Assembly: GCA_963734495.1 (NCBI GenBank) | Contig: CAVTHK010000002.1 | Location: 160,001 to 224,000 of the forward strand | Length of the DNA: 64,000 bases | DNA from: an uncultured Spirochaetota bacterium | Lineage (GTDB): Bacteria; Spirochaetota; Spirochaetia; SZUA-6; CAVTHK01 | Reading direction: 5' to 3' | Translations under genes and position numbers: made by a program | Notes under the pieces: generated by a model | The model's database searches: none | Told to the model about the DNA's origin: nothing | Seen by the model: the letters and a program-made list of their open reading frames with translations, nothing else | Part shown: one piece after another, positions 1-11,158 of the stretch | Layout of the letters: each line of letters opens with the position of its first letter | Numbering within the stretch: the first letter of the stretch is position 1

Positions 1-2
1 CC

Positions 3-1139
3 GGCAAGCTCTCGGCGGCGCTCGAAGCCGCACGCGCGCTCTGCTGCCTTCGCCGCGACGCGGAGTGGGGCTGCCCCTGCGCGTCCTGCGACCGGCACCG
101 GTCGCTGACGCACCCGGACCTGCTCCTGCTCGGGCCGCGCTACTTCGACGTCGAGATGGCCGCGTCCGCAGACGCGTTCCGCCGCACGGGCGTGCAGGCG
201 GCCCGCTACCTGTTCGTGCGGGCGGTGCGCAAGCTGCTGCGTCGCTTCGACCCCGTGCTGTGGGACGCGGAGAGCGCCGAGGGGCGCAAGGTCCTCGCGC
301 AGGTGGCCGCCGCGGAAGAGGCGATCGACGCCCTGCCGGCCGAAGGGGCGCCTCCCGAGCGGCTGGAAAAGGCGGCGCGGACCGTGGTCGAGAGCGCCTC
401 GAGGCTGCTCGACAACTTCCGTACGCCGAACATCCCGGTGCAGCAGATCCGCCGGCTCGCGCAGTGGGCGCATCTCGCGCCGTCGATCTCGCGCAAGGTG
501 GCGATCATCGAAGGCGCCGAGGCGATCAACGACAGCTCGCGCAGCGCCCTGCTCAAGCTCCTCGAGGAGCCGCCCGAAGGGGTGACGCTGATCGTCACCG
601 CCGTGCGCCGCGGGGCCATCATCCCGACGATCCTCTCGCGCCTGCGGCCGTACCACTTCGCGGAGCGGCCGCCCGGGGAGCAGGCCGACGTCCTGCGCCG
701 GATCTTCCGCGAGGAGCCGGGCGAGTACCCCCTGCTCCGCGACTACTTTCTCGCCTGGAAAGCGCTGAACCCGAACCTCCTCCGAGCGCTCGCGGGGCGT
801 TTCGTCGCCCTGCTCGCCGAGGGCGGCTCCGCCGACGGGGGCGTGCGCGGGCTGATCGACGAGCTCGCGCAGGGCGAGCCCGCCGCCGAGGGCGCGGGAT
901 CGGAAGGAACCGCCCCGGCATCGAGGCGCCGGGGGCTCAGGCCCGAGGCGTTCCGGGTGTTCTGCGAGGAGCTGCTCGCGGATCTCCGCGGCAGGCTCGC
1001 CCACGAAAGGCCGGGGTTGCTCGTGCTCGAGCGGTGGACGGCGCTGGTGCGCGAGACCGCGGAGTTCGCGCGGCTGTACAACCCGGATCCCGCGCTGCAG
1101 CTCGAGAGCCTGTACTATCGCATGAGGGCGGCGTCGTGA
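3..1139 (+). CDS. holB: DNA polymerase III subunit delta' (5' end outside window)
   Basis: Frame open from base 3: GKLSAALEAARALCC...CPCASC (Zn module), HPD, KVAIIEGAE, ALLKLLEEPP, PTILSRL clamp-loader motifs. Confidence 0.85.
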   Translation, partial: GKLSAALEAARALCCLRRDAEWGCPCASCDRHRSLTHPDLLLLGPRYFDVEMAASADAFRRTGVQAARYLFVRAVRKLLRRFDPVLWDAESAEGRKVLAQVAAAEEAIDALPAEGAPPERLEKAARTVVESASRLLDNFRTPNIPVQQIRRLAQWAHLAPSISRKVAIIEGAEAINDSSRSALLKLLEEPPEGVTLIVTAVRRGAIIPTILSRLRPYHFAERPPGEQADVLRRIFREEPGEYPLLRDYFLAWKALNPNLLRALAGRFVALLAEGGSADGGVRGLIDELAQGEPAAEGAGSEGTAPASRRRGLRPEAFRVFCEELLADLRGRLAHERPGLLVLERWTALVRETAEFARLYNPDPALQLESLYYRMRAAS

Positions 1140-2298
1140 AGCGTTTCGTGCGCCGCGCCCTGGCCAAGCTCGAGAAGCTCGACCCCCAGAGCATCCGCTC
1201 CCTCATCGAGGCGGTCTCCACCGAGAACGAGCTCTTCGACATGGTGATGGATTCCATGGCGACCGGCATCGTGGTGCTCGACCAGGCGAGCCACGTGCTG
1301 CTCGCCAACAAGGCCTCCGAGCGCCTCGTGGCCATGGATCGGGCGGATCTGCTCGAGGGTCCGATCTGGGAGGCGGTGTCGGACCACGAGATCGCGGACT
1401 TCCTCAAGGATCGGCTGGAGAAGCAGGAGCGCGTCACCGAGCACGACTTCGCGCTGGAGGAGCCGGGCCCGCGCATCGTATCGATCTCGATCCTGCCGCT
1501 CGTGCAGAGCGGCGAGATCCACGGGAGCCTGCTGACCATCGAGGACGTCACCGAGCGGCGCGCCAACGAGGCGCGCCTGCGCCGCGCGGAGAGCCTCGCG
1601 GCGCTCACGACGCTCACCGCGGGCGTCGCCCACGAGATCAAGAACCCCCTCGCGTCCATCGGGATCCACCTGCAGCTCATGCAGAAGCAGCTCAAGAACA
1701 GGGAGGAGGTGCGGGCGGCGGACCTCAAGCAGTACCTCGACATCGTCGGCGAGGAAGTCGACCGGCTCAACATGATCGTCGTCGACTACCTGATGGCCGT
1801 GCGGCCGAGCGAGGGCCAGCTTGAGCCCGGCGACCTCAACGAGGTCATCCGCGACATCACCGCCTTCCTGCAGTTCGAGCTCAAGGGGGCGCGCGTCGAG
1901 CTCATCGAGGAGTTCTCGGAGATTCCGAAGGTCGAGCTCGACGAGAAGACCCTCAAGCAGGCCCTGCTCAACCTCATCAAGAACGCGATCGAAGCGATGC
2001 CCCGCGGCGGCACGCTCTGGATCGGGACCTCCCGGCAGCGCGACCGCGTGATGGTGAAGATCCGGGATACCGGCGTCGGGATACCCGAGGATCTCATGGG
2101 CAAGATCTTCGAGCCCTACTTCACCACCAAGGATTCCTCGTCCGGGCTCGGCCTCACCGTGGTGTACAAGATCATCAAGGAGCACCACGGGGAGGTGTCG
2201 GTGAGCTCGCGCGAAGGAGAGGGGACCACCTTCACGCTGACCTTCCCGGTGCCGCAGGGCAAGCGGCGCCTCATCGGTTATGAAGGGGAGGAGCAGGA

Positions 2299-2302
<4 letters not shown>
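1136..2302 (+). CDS. PAS-domain sensor histidine kinase (NtrB/Hk2-like)
   Basis: GTG overlaps holB stop; H-box AHEIKNPL, N-box NLIKNAIEA, DTGVG, FEPYFTTK, GLGL. Confidence 0.9.
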
Positions 2303-3699
<1,397 letters not shown>

Positions 3700-5007
3700 G
3701 GGCCGCGCCTATACGGCGGAGCGCTGGCGCTTGCCCGACGTCTCGCGGGGCTTGCCCGCTCCCTGGGGGTCTTGCCTGCCGGCTCCGCGCGGCGTCTGCG
3801 CGCCGGCGCGCGGCCCGCGGTCCGGCGGGCCTTGCCCGCGTTCAGCGAGTAGAAGCCGAGCATCGTCCCCGCCCAGACGACCAGCACGAGGTAGGTGTTG
3901 GCCTCTTCGGGCAGGATGACCGAGGTGATCGCCACCACGCTCAGGTAGAGGCTGAAGCCGTAGATCACGGCGAGGATGTGCCGCTCGCCCAGCCCGAGCG
4001 CCAGCAGCTTGTGGTGCAGGTGCTCCTTGTCCGGTGAGAACGGGTGGCGCCCCTGGCGCACGCGCCGGATGATGGCGGTCCCGGTGTCCATGATCGGGAT
4101 GATGAGCAGCGTAAACGGAATGATCAGGCTGCCCACCGTGGCCATCTTCGAGATGCCGAGCAGCGGAATCGTGGCCAGCGTGAAACCCAGGAAATAGGCG
4201 CCCGAGTCGCCCATGAAGATCCGCGCGGGCGGGAGGTTGTAGCGGAGAAATCCGGCGATGGCCCCCGCCAGCGACAGGGCGAGCAGCGCGGCCTCGAAGC
4301 GGCCCTGGATGAGGGCCACGACTCCCATCGTGAGCGACGCGAACAGGCTGATGCCGCCCGCGAGCCCGTCCATGCCGTCTATGAGATTGATCGCGTTCGC
4401 GATCCCGATGATCCAGAGGATCGTGACCGGGTAGGCGGCCAGACCGAGGGAGATCTTCCCGAGGTAGGGGAGGCTCACCGAGTTGATGAGAAAGCCCCCG
4501 CAGGTCACGATGCCCGCGGCGAGCACCTGGATCACGAGCTTGAGCGGCGCCCGCAGGGCGCGGAAATCGTCCGCGAGGCCCATGCCGTGGATCAGGGCCA
4601 TCCCGACGAGCATCGCGGCATAGTTGGGCTCGAGGATGCCCGGGCTGCCTCCCGGCTTCGCGATCAGGCGCACGATCGAGATCGCCACCGCCGCGACCAG
4701 GAACGAGACGAACATCCCGACGCCGCCGAGGCGCGGGACCAGGTTCGTGTGGATCTTGCGGTGGTTGGGCATGTCGTACCACCCGAACCTGTACGCAAGA
4801 CGCATGACCAGGGGCGTGAAGCAGAATACGTTGAGGAGCAACGCCACGATCCCTGCCGCGACGGAGCTTTGCCAGATGTTCATGGGGCCTGCTGCCGACT
4901 GTAGCACTGCGGGCGATCTGTCGCCACGCCCGGCAGGATACGCTCGACCGCGCCTGCTGTCAACGCTCAGGTTGACCGCGGCGCGCGCGATCGGCTACGG
5001 TAGCCGC

Positions 5008-6459
5008 ATGCAGGCACTGAACCGCCGCGTGTCAGGCGCGCCGCAGCCGCTGCCCGTCAGGGTCGTGCAGTTCGGCGAGGGCAACTTTCTCCGCGCTTTT
5101 GCCGACTGGATGATCGATCTCATGAACGAGCGCCTCGCCTGCGGGTACGGAGTGGCGGTGGTGCAGCCGATCGAGCGCGGGAACGCCGCCGCGCTCGCTC
5201 GCCAGGATGGTCTGTACACGACCGTGCTCGCCGGGCTGCGGGACGGCGAGCCGTTCGAGGAGCGGCGCCTGATCGGCTGCGTGAGCCGCGTCCTCGATCC
5301 CTACGAGGACTTCGAGGGCTTCCTGCGCCTCGCGGAGGAGCCCGGTCTCAGGCTGTGTCTTTCGAACACGACCGAAGCGGGCATCGCGTTCGACGAGCGC
5401 GACAGACCCGAGGGAGCGCCGCGCGTCTCGTTCCCCGCCAAGGTCGCGCTGTTCCTGCACCGCCGGTATCGCGCCCTGGGCGGCGGGCCGGGCACGGGGC
5501 TGGTGTTCCTTCCGTGCGAGCTCATCGACCGCAACGGGTCCGCGCTGCGGGAGCACGTGCTGCGCTACGCGGAAGCCTGGCGGCTGCCGGCCGCGTTCCG
5601 GGAGTGGGTGGATTCGAAGAACGCGTTCTGCAACACCCTCGTCGACCGGATCGTCGCCGGGTACCCCGCCGACCGCGCGGACCGGATCGCCGCCGAGCTC
5701 GGCTATCGCGACGAGCTGCTGGTCCTGGGCGAGAGCTTCCATGTCTGGGTGATCGAAGGTCCGCCGTCCGTCCGTGACGCGTTTCCCGCGGACAAGGCCG
5801 GACTGAACGTCCTCTTCGTCGAGAGCATGGCGCCCTTCCGCGAGAAGAAGGTCCGCATCCTGAACGGCGTGCAGACCGCGATGACCCCGATCGCTTACCT
5901 GTGCGGCCTGGAGACCACCCGCGACGCCGTCACGCACCCGGTCGTGGGCGCGTACGTGCGGCGGCTCGTCGAGCGGGAGATCCTGCCCACCGTGCCGGAG
6001 TCGGCGGGCGACTGCGCCGCGTACGCCGAAGAGGTCATGGAGCGGCAGCGGAACCCCGCGATCAATCACAGGCTGGCGGCGATCTCCCTGAACTCGATGG
6101 CGAAGTGGCGCACGCGGGTGCTGCCGACCGTGCAGGACTTCCTCGCCCGCAACGGACGGCTGCCGGAGGCGGCGGTCTTCTCGCTCGCGGCGCTGATCGT
6201 CTTCTACAGGGGCGAGCGCGGCGGCGGGAAGATCGCGCTCGCCGACGATGCCTTCATTCTCGATCTGTTCCGCGATGGATGGGCGGCCGTGCGCTCAGGC
6301 AGCCTCGACGCGGCGGGGCTCGTCGGCCGCGTGCTCGGCCTCGAGCGGCTGTGGGGGCCCGACATGAACGCGGTCCCCGGTCTCGCCGCGCTGCTCCGCC
6401 GCCAGGTGGAGCGGATCCTGAGCGAGGGGATGGAGCGCGCCGCGGCCGCCGCGGGATGA
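5008..6459 (+). CDS. uxaB: tagaturonate reductase (altronate oxidoreductase)
   Basis: VQFGEGNFLRAF, SNTTEAGI, PCELI, NTLVDRIV, KVRILNG, SLNSMAKW. Confidence 0.9.
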   Translation: MQALNRRVSGAPQPLPVRVVQFGEGNFLRAFADWMIDLMNERLACGYGVAVVQPIERGNAAALARQDGLYTTVLAGLRDGEPFEERRLIGCVSRVLDPYEDFEGFLRLAEEPGLRLCLSNTTEAGIAFDERDRPEGAPRVSFPAKVALFLHRRYRALGGGPGTGLVFLPCELIDRNGSALREHVLRYAEAWRLPAAFREWVDSKNAFCNTLVDRIVAGYPADRADRIAAELGYRDELLVLGESFHVWVIEGPPSVRDAFPADKAGLNVLFVESMAPFREKKVRILNGVQTAMTPIAYLCGLETTRDAVTHPVVGAYVRRLVEREILPTVPESAGDCAAYAEEVMERQRNPAINHRLAAISLNSMAKWRTRVLPTVQDFLARNGRLPEAAVFSLAALIVFYRGERGGGKIALADDAFILDLFRDGWAAVRSGSLDAAGLVGRVLGLERLWGPDMNAVPGLAALLRRQVERILSEGMERAAAAAG

Positions 6460-6463
6460 GGAG

Positions 6464-6886
6464 CTACCGCTTTTCCTCGAACTCCTCGATCCGTCGGTAG
6501 GAGACGTTGATCTTCTTGGTGATCTCGGTGGCGAGGCGCAGCTGTTCCGCATTGGCGGCGTTGCGGTCCGGGTGATAGACCGCGAGCAGCCGGCGATAGG
6601 ACTTCTTCACCTGTTCCAGCGGGGCGCCGAACGGCACTTCCAGGTTGGTGTAGTCCTGCCTGAGCGCCTCGCGCGCGGGATCCCGCGGGGCCGCGGGCTC
6701 GGGCCGGACGCGCTCCTCGCCCTTGAGGTACGCGTCGAGCTCGTCCCAGGCGTCCCGCATGTCGGGGTCCGCGGCGCGACCGGGGCTCCCGCCGCCGGAG
6801 CTGCCGGAAGGGCGCGCCGAGCGGCGGCCCGTCTCGCTGATGATCGAGCGCACGAAGTCGCCGAGCCTGTCGAAGAACTTGTCCAC
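6464..6886 (-). CDS. small J-domain (DnaJ class C) protein
   Basis: C-terminal J domain VKKSYRRLLAVYHPD...KKINVSY. Confidence 0.8.
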   Translation of the reverse strand: MDKFFDRLGDFVRSIISETGRRSARPSGSSGGGSPGRAADPDMRDAWDELDAYLKGEERVRPEPAAPRDPAREALRQDYTNLEVPFGAPLEQVKKSYRRLLAVYHPDRNAANAEQLRLATEITKKINVSYRRIEEFEEKR

Positions 6887-6995
6887 CCGATCGAGAAGAT
6901 ACCCGATGTCGCGCGGCGGGGCAACGATGCGGGCCGGGCGACATCCCGGCGGGGCGACGACGCGGGTCAGCGGCCCGAGCCGATGAGGGCCGCGC

Positions 6996-7837
6996 TCAGC
7001 GCTGCGGCTCGACGTCCTCGACGTCGAAGGTGCCCGTGAACACGTAAGAGACAGGCCCGGTCACGAACAGGCCGCCCGTCCTCTCCTCCCACTCGACGTA
7101 GAGATCGCCGCCGCGGTTGTGGACGGCAGCCTCGCGGTCCGCGAGCCCGCCCAGCGCCGCGGCCACGAGGGACGCGGCCGAGGCCGCTGCCGAGCACGGC
7201 TCCTCGCGACCGGCTTCGTCGAGGGAGCGCACCTGCAGCTCCGTGCGGCTGAACACGCGCGCGAACCCGACCCTGACGGGGCCGTCGATCTCGACCGCCA
7301 GCCCGCGCGAGACTTCGGGCAGGTCGAACCCGTAGGTCGGCACGAAGACGGTCACGTGCGCCCCTTCGATGAACAGCGAAGCGCAGGTGTACGTCGCGTC
7401 GCCGACCTCGACGCTGCGGAACGGGTTGCCCGCCAGGCTCTCGCGGACCTCGGCGCGGGCGAGGTCCCCGGGAACGCCCAGGCCCATCATGATGCTCTGG
7501 CTGTCGATGAGATCGGCGGTAAAGGAGCGCTGGCCGACGATGATGTCCGCGCCCTCGCCTTCCAGCAGCCCGGCGTCGTAGGCGTAGCGCGCGAGGCAGC
7601 GCAGGGCATCCGACGGAAACGGGCTTGCCTCGCCGGATTTCCCGATGACCTCGGCTTTCGCGGTCGAGCGATGGGCCTCGAGCAGGACCACCGCCTCGGA
7701 GGCGCCGATGCCCAGCCGCGGTGCAGCAGCCGCTGCAGAGGGCCGGGAAAATGCTCCGGCAGCTCCTGGCGCGTGCCGTCGATGAGGATGACGTCCTTGC
7801 CGCAGCTCTGCAGCTTCAGGAACTCGATTGGGGTCAC
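6996..7837 (-). CDS. dapF: degenerate diaminopimelate epimerase-like protein, frameshift near 7718
   Basis: N-part IEFLKLQSCGKDVILID in one frame joins LGIGASEAVVLL...ALRCLARY...GGDLYVEW...VTGPVSYVFTG in the next; GTG overlaps lysC stop. Confidence 0.6.
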
Positions 7838-9177
7838 CTCGGCTCGAAGAATTCCTGGTGGAGCCGGCCGACGGCCTCCGCGGACCGGTCCCTCGGGACC
7901 ACCAGCGAGAGATTGGTGTCCGAAGAGCCCAGCGAGATCAGCCTGATCGGGATCTCCTTGAGGCTGGCGAACACCCGCGCGATGGTGGCTGAGTCCTTCC
8001 AGAGGTCCTGGCCGACGAGACAGATGATGCTCTTGTCCCGTTCCACCTGGACGCCGCCCAGGCTCTCCAGCTCGCGCGTGATCTGGGCGAGGGCGTGGTC
8101 GTCGTCGATGGTCACCGAGACCGACACCTCGGAGGTGGCGATCAGGTCCACCGACGTTTCGAAGCGCTCGAAGATCTCGAAGATGCGCTTGAGGAAGCCG
8201 TATGCGAGGAGCATCCGCCCGGAGCTGATGCTGATGACGGTGATGGGCTCTTTGGAAGCGACGGCCTTGGGGCCCTCCGCGTCGAGCGAGGCGACGATGC
8301 AGGTGCCCTGTGCCTCCGGCCGGCCGGTGTTGCGCACCCAGACCGGGATCGCGCTGGCGACCGCCGGCTGTATCGTCGACGGATGGATCACCTTGGCGCC
8401 GAAGTAGGCGAGCTCGGCGGCCTCCTGGAACGTGATCCGCGGGATCGTCGCCGCACGCACGATCACCCGCGGGTCGGCGGTCATGATGCCCGTGACGTCC
8501 GTCCAGATCTGGACCTCTTCGGCCCCGAGCGCCGCGCCGAGGATGGTCGCCGTAAAGTCCGAGCCGCCCCTGCCGAGCGTCGACGTGATGCCTTCGACCG
8601 TCGAGGCGATGAACCCCTGGCAGACCACGATCTTGCCCGCGGCCGGATGCACCTTTTCCCTGACCAGCCTGTTGGTGAGCTCCTCGATCGGGATCGCGTG
8701 GCCGAAGGAGCCGTCGGTCTTGACGAGCTCGCGCGTGTCGAGGAGCTCCGCGGTCAGTCCCCGCTCCCACGCGCGGTGAGCGATCAGCAGCGTCGACAGC
8801 CGCTCGCCGAACGAGAGGATCAGGTCGCGGCTGCGCGGCGTGATCTCCCGCAGGAGCGCGAGGCCCGTCACCATCGAGCCGAGCTCCTTGAGGTAGCCCT
8901 CGATCGTGTCGACGCAAGCCGCGAGGTTGTCGCCCGTCAGGAACGCGCGCGCGGTCTCGACGTGGTGCCTGCGGACCGAGGAGAGCGTGTCCTTGGCCTT
9001 GTTGCGGTTCCCGGTCGCGGCGTCCTCGGCCGCGGACAGCAGATCGTCCGTCGTGTCGCCCATGGCCGAAGCGACGAGGACCGGCGCCCGCTCGCCCTGC
9101 CTGACGGTGATGTCGATGGCCCGGTCGATCCACTCGGCGTTCCGGACCGAAGTCCCGCCGAACTTGAGGACGATCAT
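7834..9177 (-). CDS. lysC: aspartate kinase
   Basis: KFGGTSV, SFGERLS, TLGRGGSDFTA, WTDVTGIMTADPR, ELAYFGAKVIHP, two ACT domains. Confidence 0.95.
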   Translation of the reverse strand: MIVLKFGGTSVRNAEWIDRAIDITVRQGERAPVLVASAMGDTTDDLLSAAEDAATGNRNKAKDTLSSVRRHHVETARAFLTGDNLAACVDTIEGYLKELGSMVTGLALLREITPRSRDLILSFGERLSTLLIAHRAWERGLTAELLDTRELVKTDGSFGHAIPIEELTNRLVREKVHPAAGKIVVCQGFIASTVEGITSTLGRGGSDFTATILGAALGAEEVQIWTDVTGIMTADPRVIVRAATIPRITFQEAAELAYFGAKVIHPSTIQPAVASAIPVWVRNTGRPEAQGTCIVASLDAEGPKAVASKEPITVISISSGRMLLAYGFLKRIFEIFERFETSVDLIATSEVSVSVTIDDDHALAQITRELESLGGVQVERDKSIICLVGQDLWKDSATIARVFASLKEIPIRLISLGSSDTNLSLVVPRDRSAEAVGRLHQEFFEPR

Positions 9178-9287
9178 CGCGAAGGGCTCCCCCTTTGCAT
9201 CGGCTTCATCCCCGGCGCGCCGCGCTGCCGCCTGCCGCCGGGGGCGTCGATTCTCCCGGGTCGCCGGCACGGTGAGCGGGGCAGGCT

Positions 9288-9316
9288 CTCTTAACACATA
9301 GCGCAGGGGCTGTCAA
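9288..9316 (-). promoter_or_regulatory. putative sigma70 promoter of lysC
   Basis: Minus strand TTGACA-N17-TAAGAG in an AT-richer patch. Confidence 0.4.
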
Positions 9317-9491
9317 TCAAAACGGGGAAAGTTAGGAAAGGTAGTTGAAGGGAACCGCGCCGCCTGCGTCGACCGAGCCGGCCGCGGCGTCCGCCTGGGC
9401 GGCGGGACAGCGCTCTACAGCGGCCGCGGTCCGCGCGGCCAGACGACCTGCAGGGGCGCGGGCGACGGACTGCCTAAGGTCCGACGGGCTC

Positions 9492-10736
9492 CTACAGCGT
9501 CCCGGCCAGCTCGTCGAGACACCGGTCGACCCAGGGCCACGCCTCGGCGTAGTACACGTCGAGGACCGGCAGCAGCTCGAACAACGCTTCGCGGGTCCGC
9601 TGCTCCAGGTAGAGCACCTGGCCGAGGTAGAAGCGGCCGCGGGCCTCGAGATCGGCGGTGCGCCGGACGGAGAGGAAGTCGCGGAGCTGCTTTTCGGCCG
9701 CGCCGTTTCCCAGCGGGGGCTCCTCTCGCCGTTCTGGAACACGTCGCGGACGATCGACTGCAGGATCGACTCTTCGCCGCCCCCGCTCACCGCCCGGTCG
9801 ACGTCCAGCACGACGGGCTTCATGGACGTCCGGCCGCGGCGGGGGCAGGCCGGCGAGCAGCGCGGCCACGGCCTCCTCGGCTTGCGGCCCGAGCGCCCTG
9901 CGTTCCGGCAGCGGCTGCGCGGGCCCGATCTGCTCGCCCGAGTACACGCCCCGCTCCACCGCGACGAACGGCAGGGGGCGCGACCGGGATTCCCGCGCGG
10001 CGGCGGCCGCGACGCCCGCCGCCGACAGCGGCACGGTCGCGGGCGCCGTGGTGGCGTTGCTCCCGGCGACGAATCGAACCTGGCCGATCTTGGCCAGTTC
10101 CTCGTCGGCGACCGCGTAGTAGAAGCCGATCCCGGCGGGCGGGGCATCCTGGTAGAAGGTGGTGCCAGGCTCGAGGATCATCGCCACGGCGGCCGAAAGA
10201 TCCGCAAGGGCCGCGATGGGCGCGGTGTTGCGATAGAGGACCAGGGTGCGGGAGGGGCGGTCGGTCGTGAAGCTCACGCGGATTCCGGCGGGCGATGCCT
10301 GAGCGCGGATGCCGTCGATGCGCGCGGCCACCTGCTCCGGGCTGCCGACGTCCTCGATGGCGCACGGGGTGACGGTCTTGTTGCGGAACGCGACAAAGAC
10401 GTCGTAACGCCTGCCGCTCGCGTCGCTGGCCAGCACGGCGTAGAAGTAGGCCCGGGTGTCGGCAGGGTGGTCGGCGTAGGAGCCGGTTCCGTAAGGCACC
10501 TCGGCCACCTTCTGCGCCTTCGCGAAAGTTTCCGCGGTGATCTCTTCGGTGGAGCGGTAGACCGCGAGGGGCCCGCGGACGTCCGGCGAATCCCGCCAGG
10601 TGAGCACGACGGCCGTCGACTGGGCCCGCGCGTGCAGGAGCGACACGAACGGGGCCGTGACGTCCTGGGCCCGGGCGCCGCCGAGCGGCAGGAGAAGCGC
10701 TGCGACCAGAGCAGGCAGAAAGCGGGCGAACCTCAT
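9492..10736 (-). CDS. exported hypothetical protein (signal peptide, beta-rich N-part, TPR-like C-end); probable compensating frameshifts at ~9830 and ~9700
   Basis: Signal peptide MRFARFLPALVAALLLPLGGARA; ARGRFYLGQVLY TPR-like helix; alternate frame gives a more protein-like middle segment. Confidence 0.65.
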   Translation of the reverse strand: MRFARFLPALVAALLLPLGGARAQDVTAPFVSLLHARAQSTAVVLTWRDSPDVRGPLAVYRSTEEITAETFAKAQKVAEVPYGTGSYADHPADTRAYFYAVLASDASGRRYDVFVAFRNKTVTPCAIEDVGSPEQVAARIDGIRAQASPAGIRVSFTTDRPSRTLVLYRNTAPIAALADLSAAVAMILEPGTTFYQDAPPAGIGFYYAVADEELAKIGQVRFVAGSNATTAPATVPLSAAGVAAAAARESRSRPLPFVAVERGVYSGEQIGPAQPLPERRALGPQAEEAVAALLAGLPPPRPDVHEARRAGRRPGGERGRRRVDPAVDRPRRVPERREEPPLGNGAAEKQLRDFLSVRRTADLEARGRFYLGQVLYLEQRTREALFELLPVLDVYYAEAWPWVDRCLDELAGTL

Positions 10737-10800
10737 GTCACTATACTAGTCGGCGCCGCCCGCCGGTGTCCATAGCGCCGCAACGGGCCGCAGCGGCCGT

Positions 10801-10830
10801 TTGACAGCGCCCGCGGAAACCCAATAGACT
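10801..10830 (+). promoter_or_regulatory. sigma70 promoter, probably leaderless, of the Cas2-like gene
   Basis: TTGACA-N18-TAGACT, ATG 7 nt downstream, no SD. Confidence 0.6.
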
Positions 10831-10837
10831 CCTTTTG

Positions 10838-11110
10838 ATGTACGTGGCGGTGTGCGTCGAGCTCGCCGGGGAGGATTCCCGGCGCGCCGCGACGGAGCTG
10901 CTGGCACAGTACGGGTTCAAGCGCGTGCTCGGCGGGCTCTTCGAGTCGTACACCGTTTCCGACGAGCAGCTGGCGCGGCTGAAGCACGACCTGGACCGGA
11001 CGACCGACTCCTACGATCGGGTCCGCTTCTACCAGTATCCGCTCGCCGACGCGCTCGTGATCACGGATCTCGAGGCGAAGAAATGGCGCCGCAAGAAGAT
11101 CGTCTTCTAG
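10838..11110 (+). CDS. stand-alone Cas2-like small ferredoxin-fold protein
   Basis: 90 aa; N-terminal beta-strand, LLAQYGFKRV..LFES, LARLK..LD, D.VRFY pattern matching the Cas2/VapD layout. Confidence 0.65.
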   Translation: MYVAVCVELAGEDSRRAATELLAQYGFKRVLGGLFESYTVSDEQLARLKHDLDRTTDSYDRVRFYQYPLADALVITDLEAKKWRRKKIVF

Positions 11111-11158
11111 GGCCGGCGCGGTCCGCCGCTGAATCCCTTGCCTGTGGAGGTTGCGCAG

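Noticed and set aside
65-1135. N-terminal 357 aa of the 745-aa ORF as part of the kinase
   Set aside because: Arg/Gly/Ala-rich shadow frame over holB; the kinase starts at GTG 1136
9178-9490. Lysine riboswitch upstream of lysC
   Set aside because: No recognisable L-box consensus, and the putative promoter leaves only about 100 nt of leader
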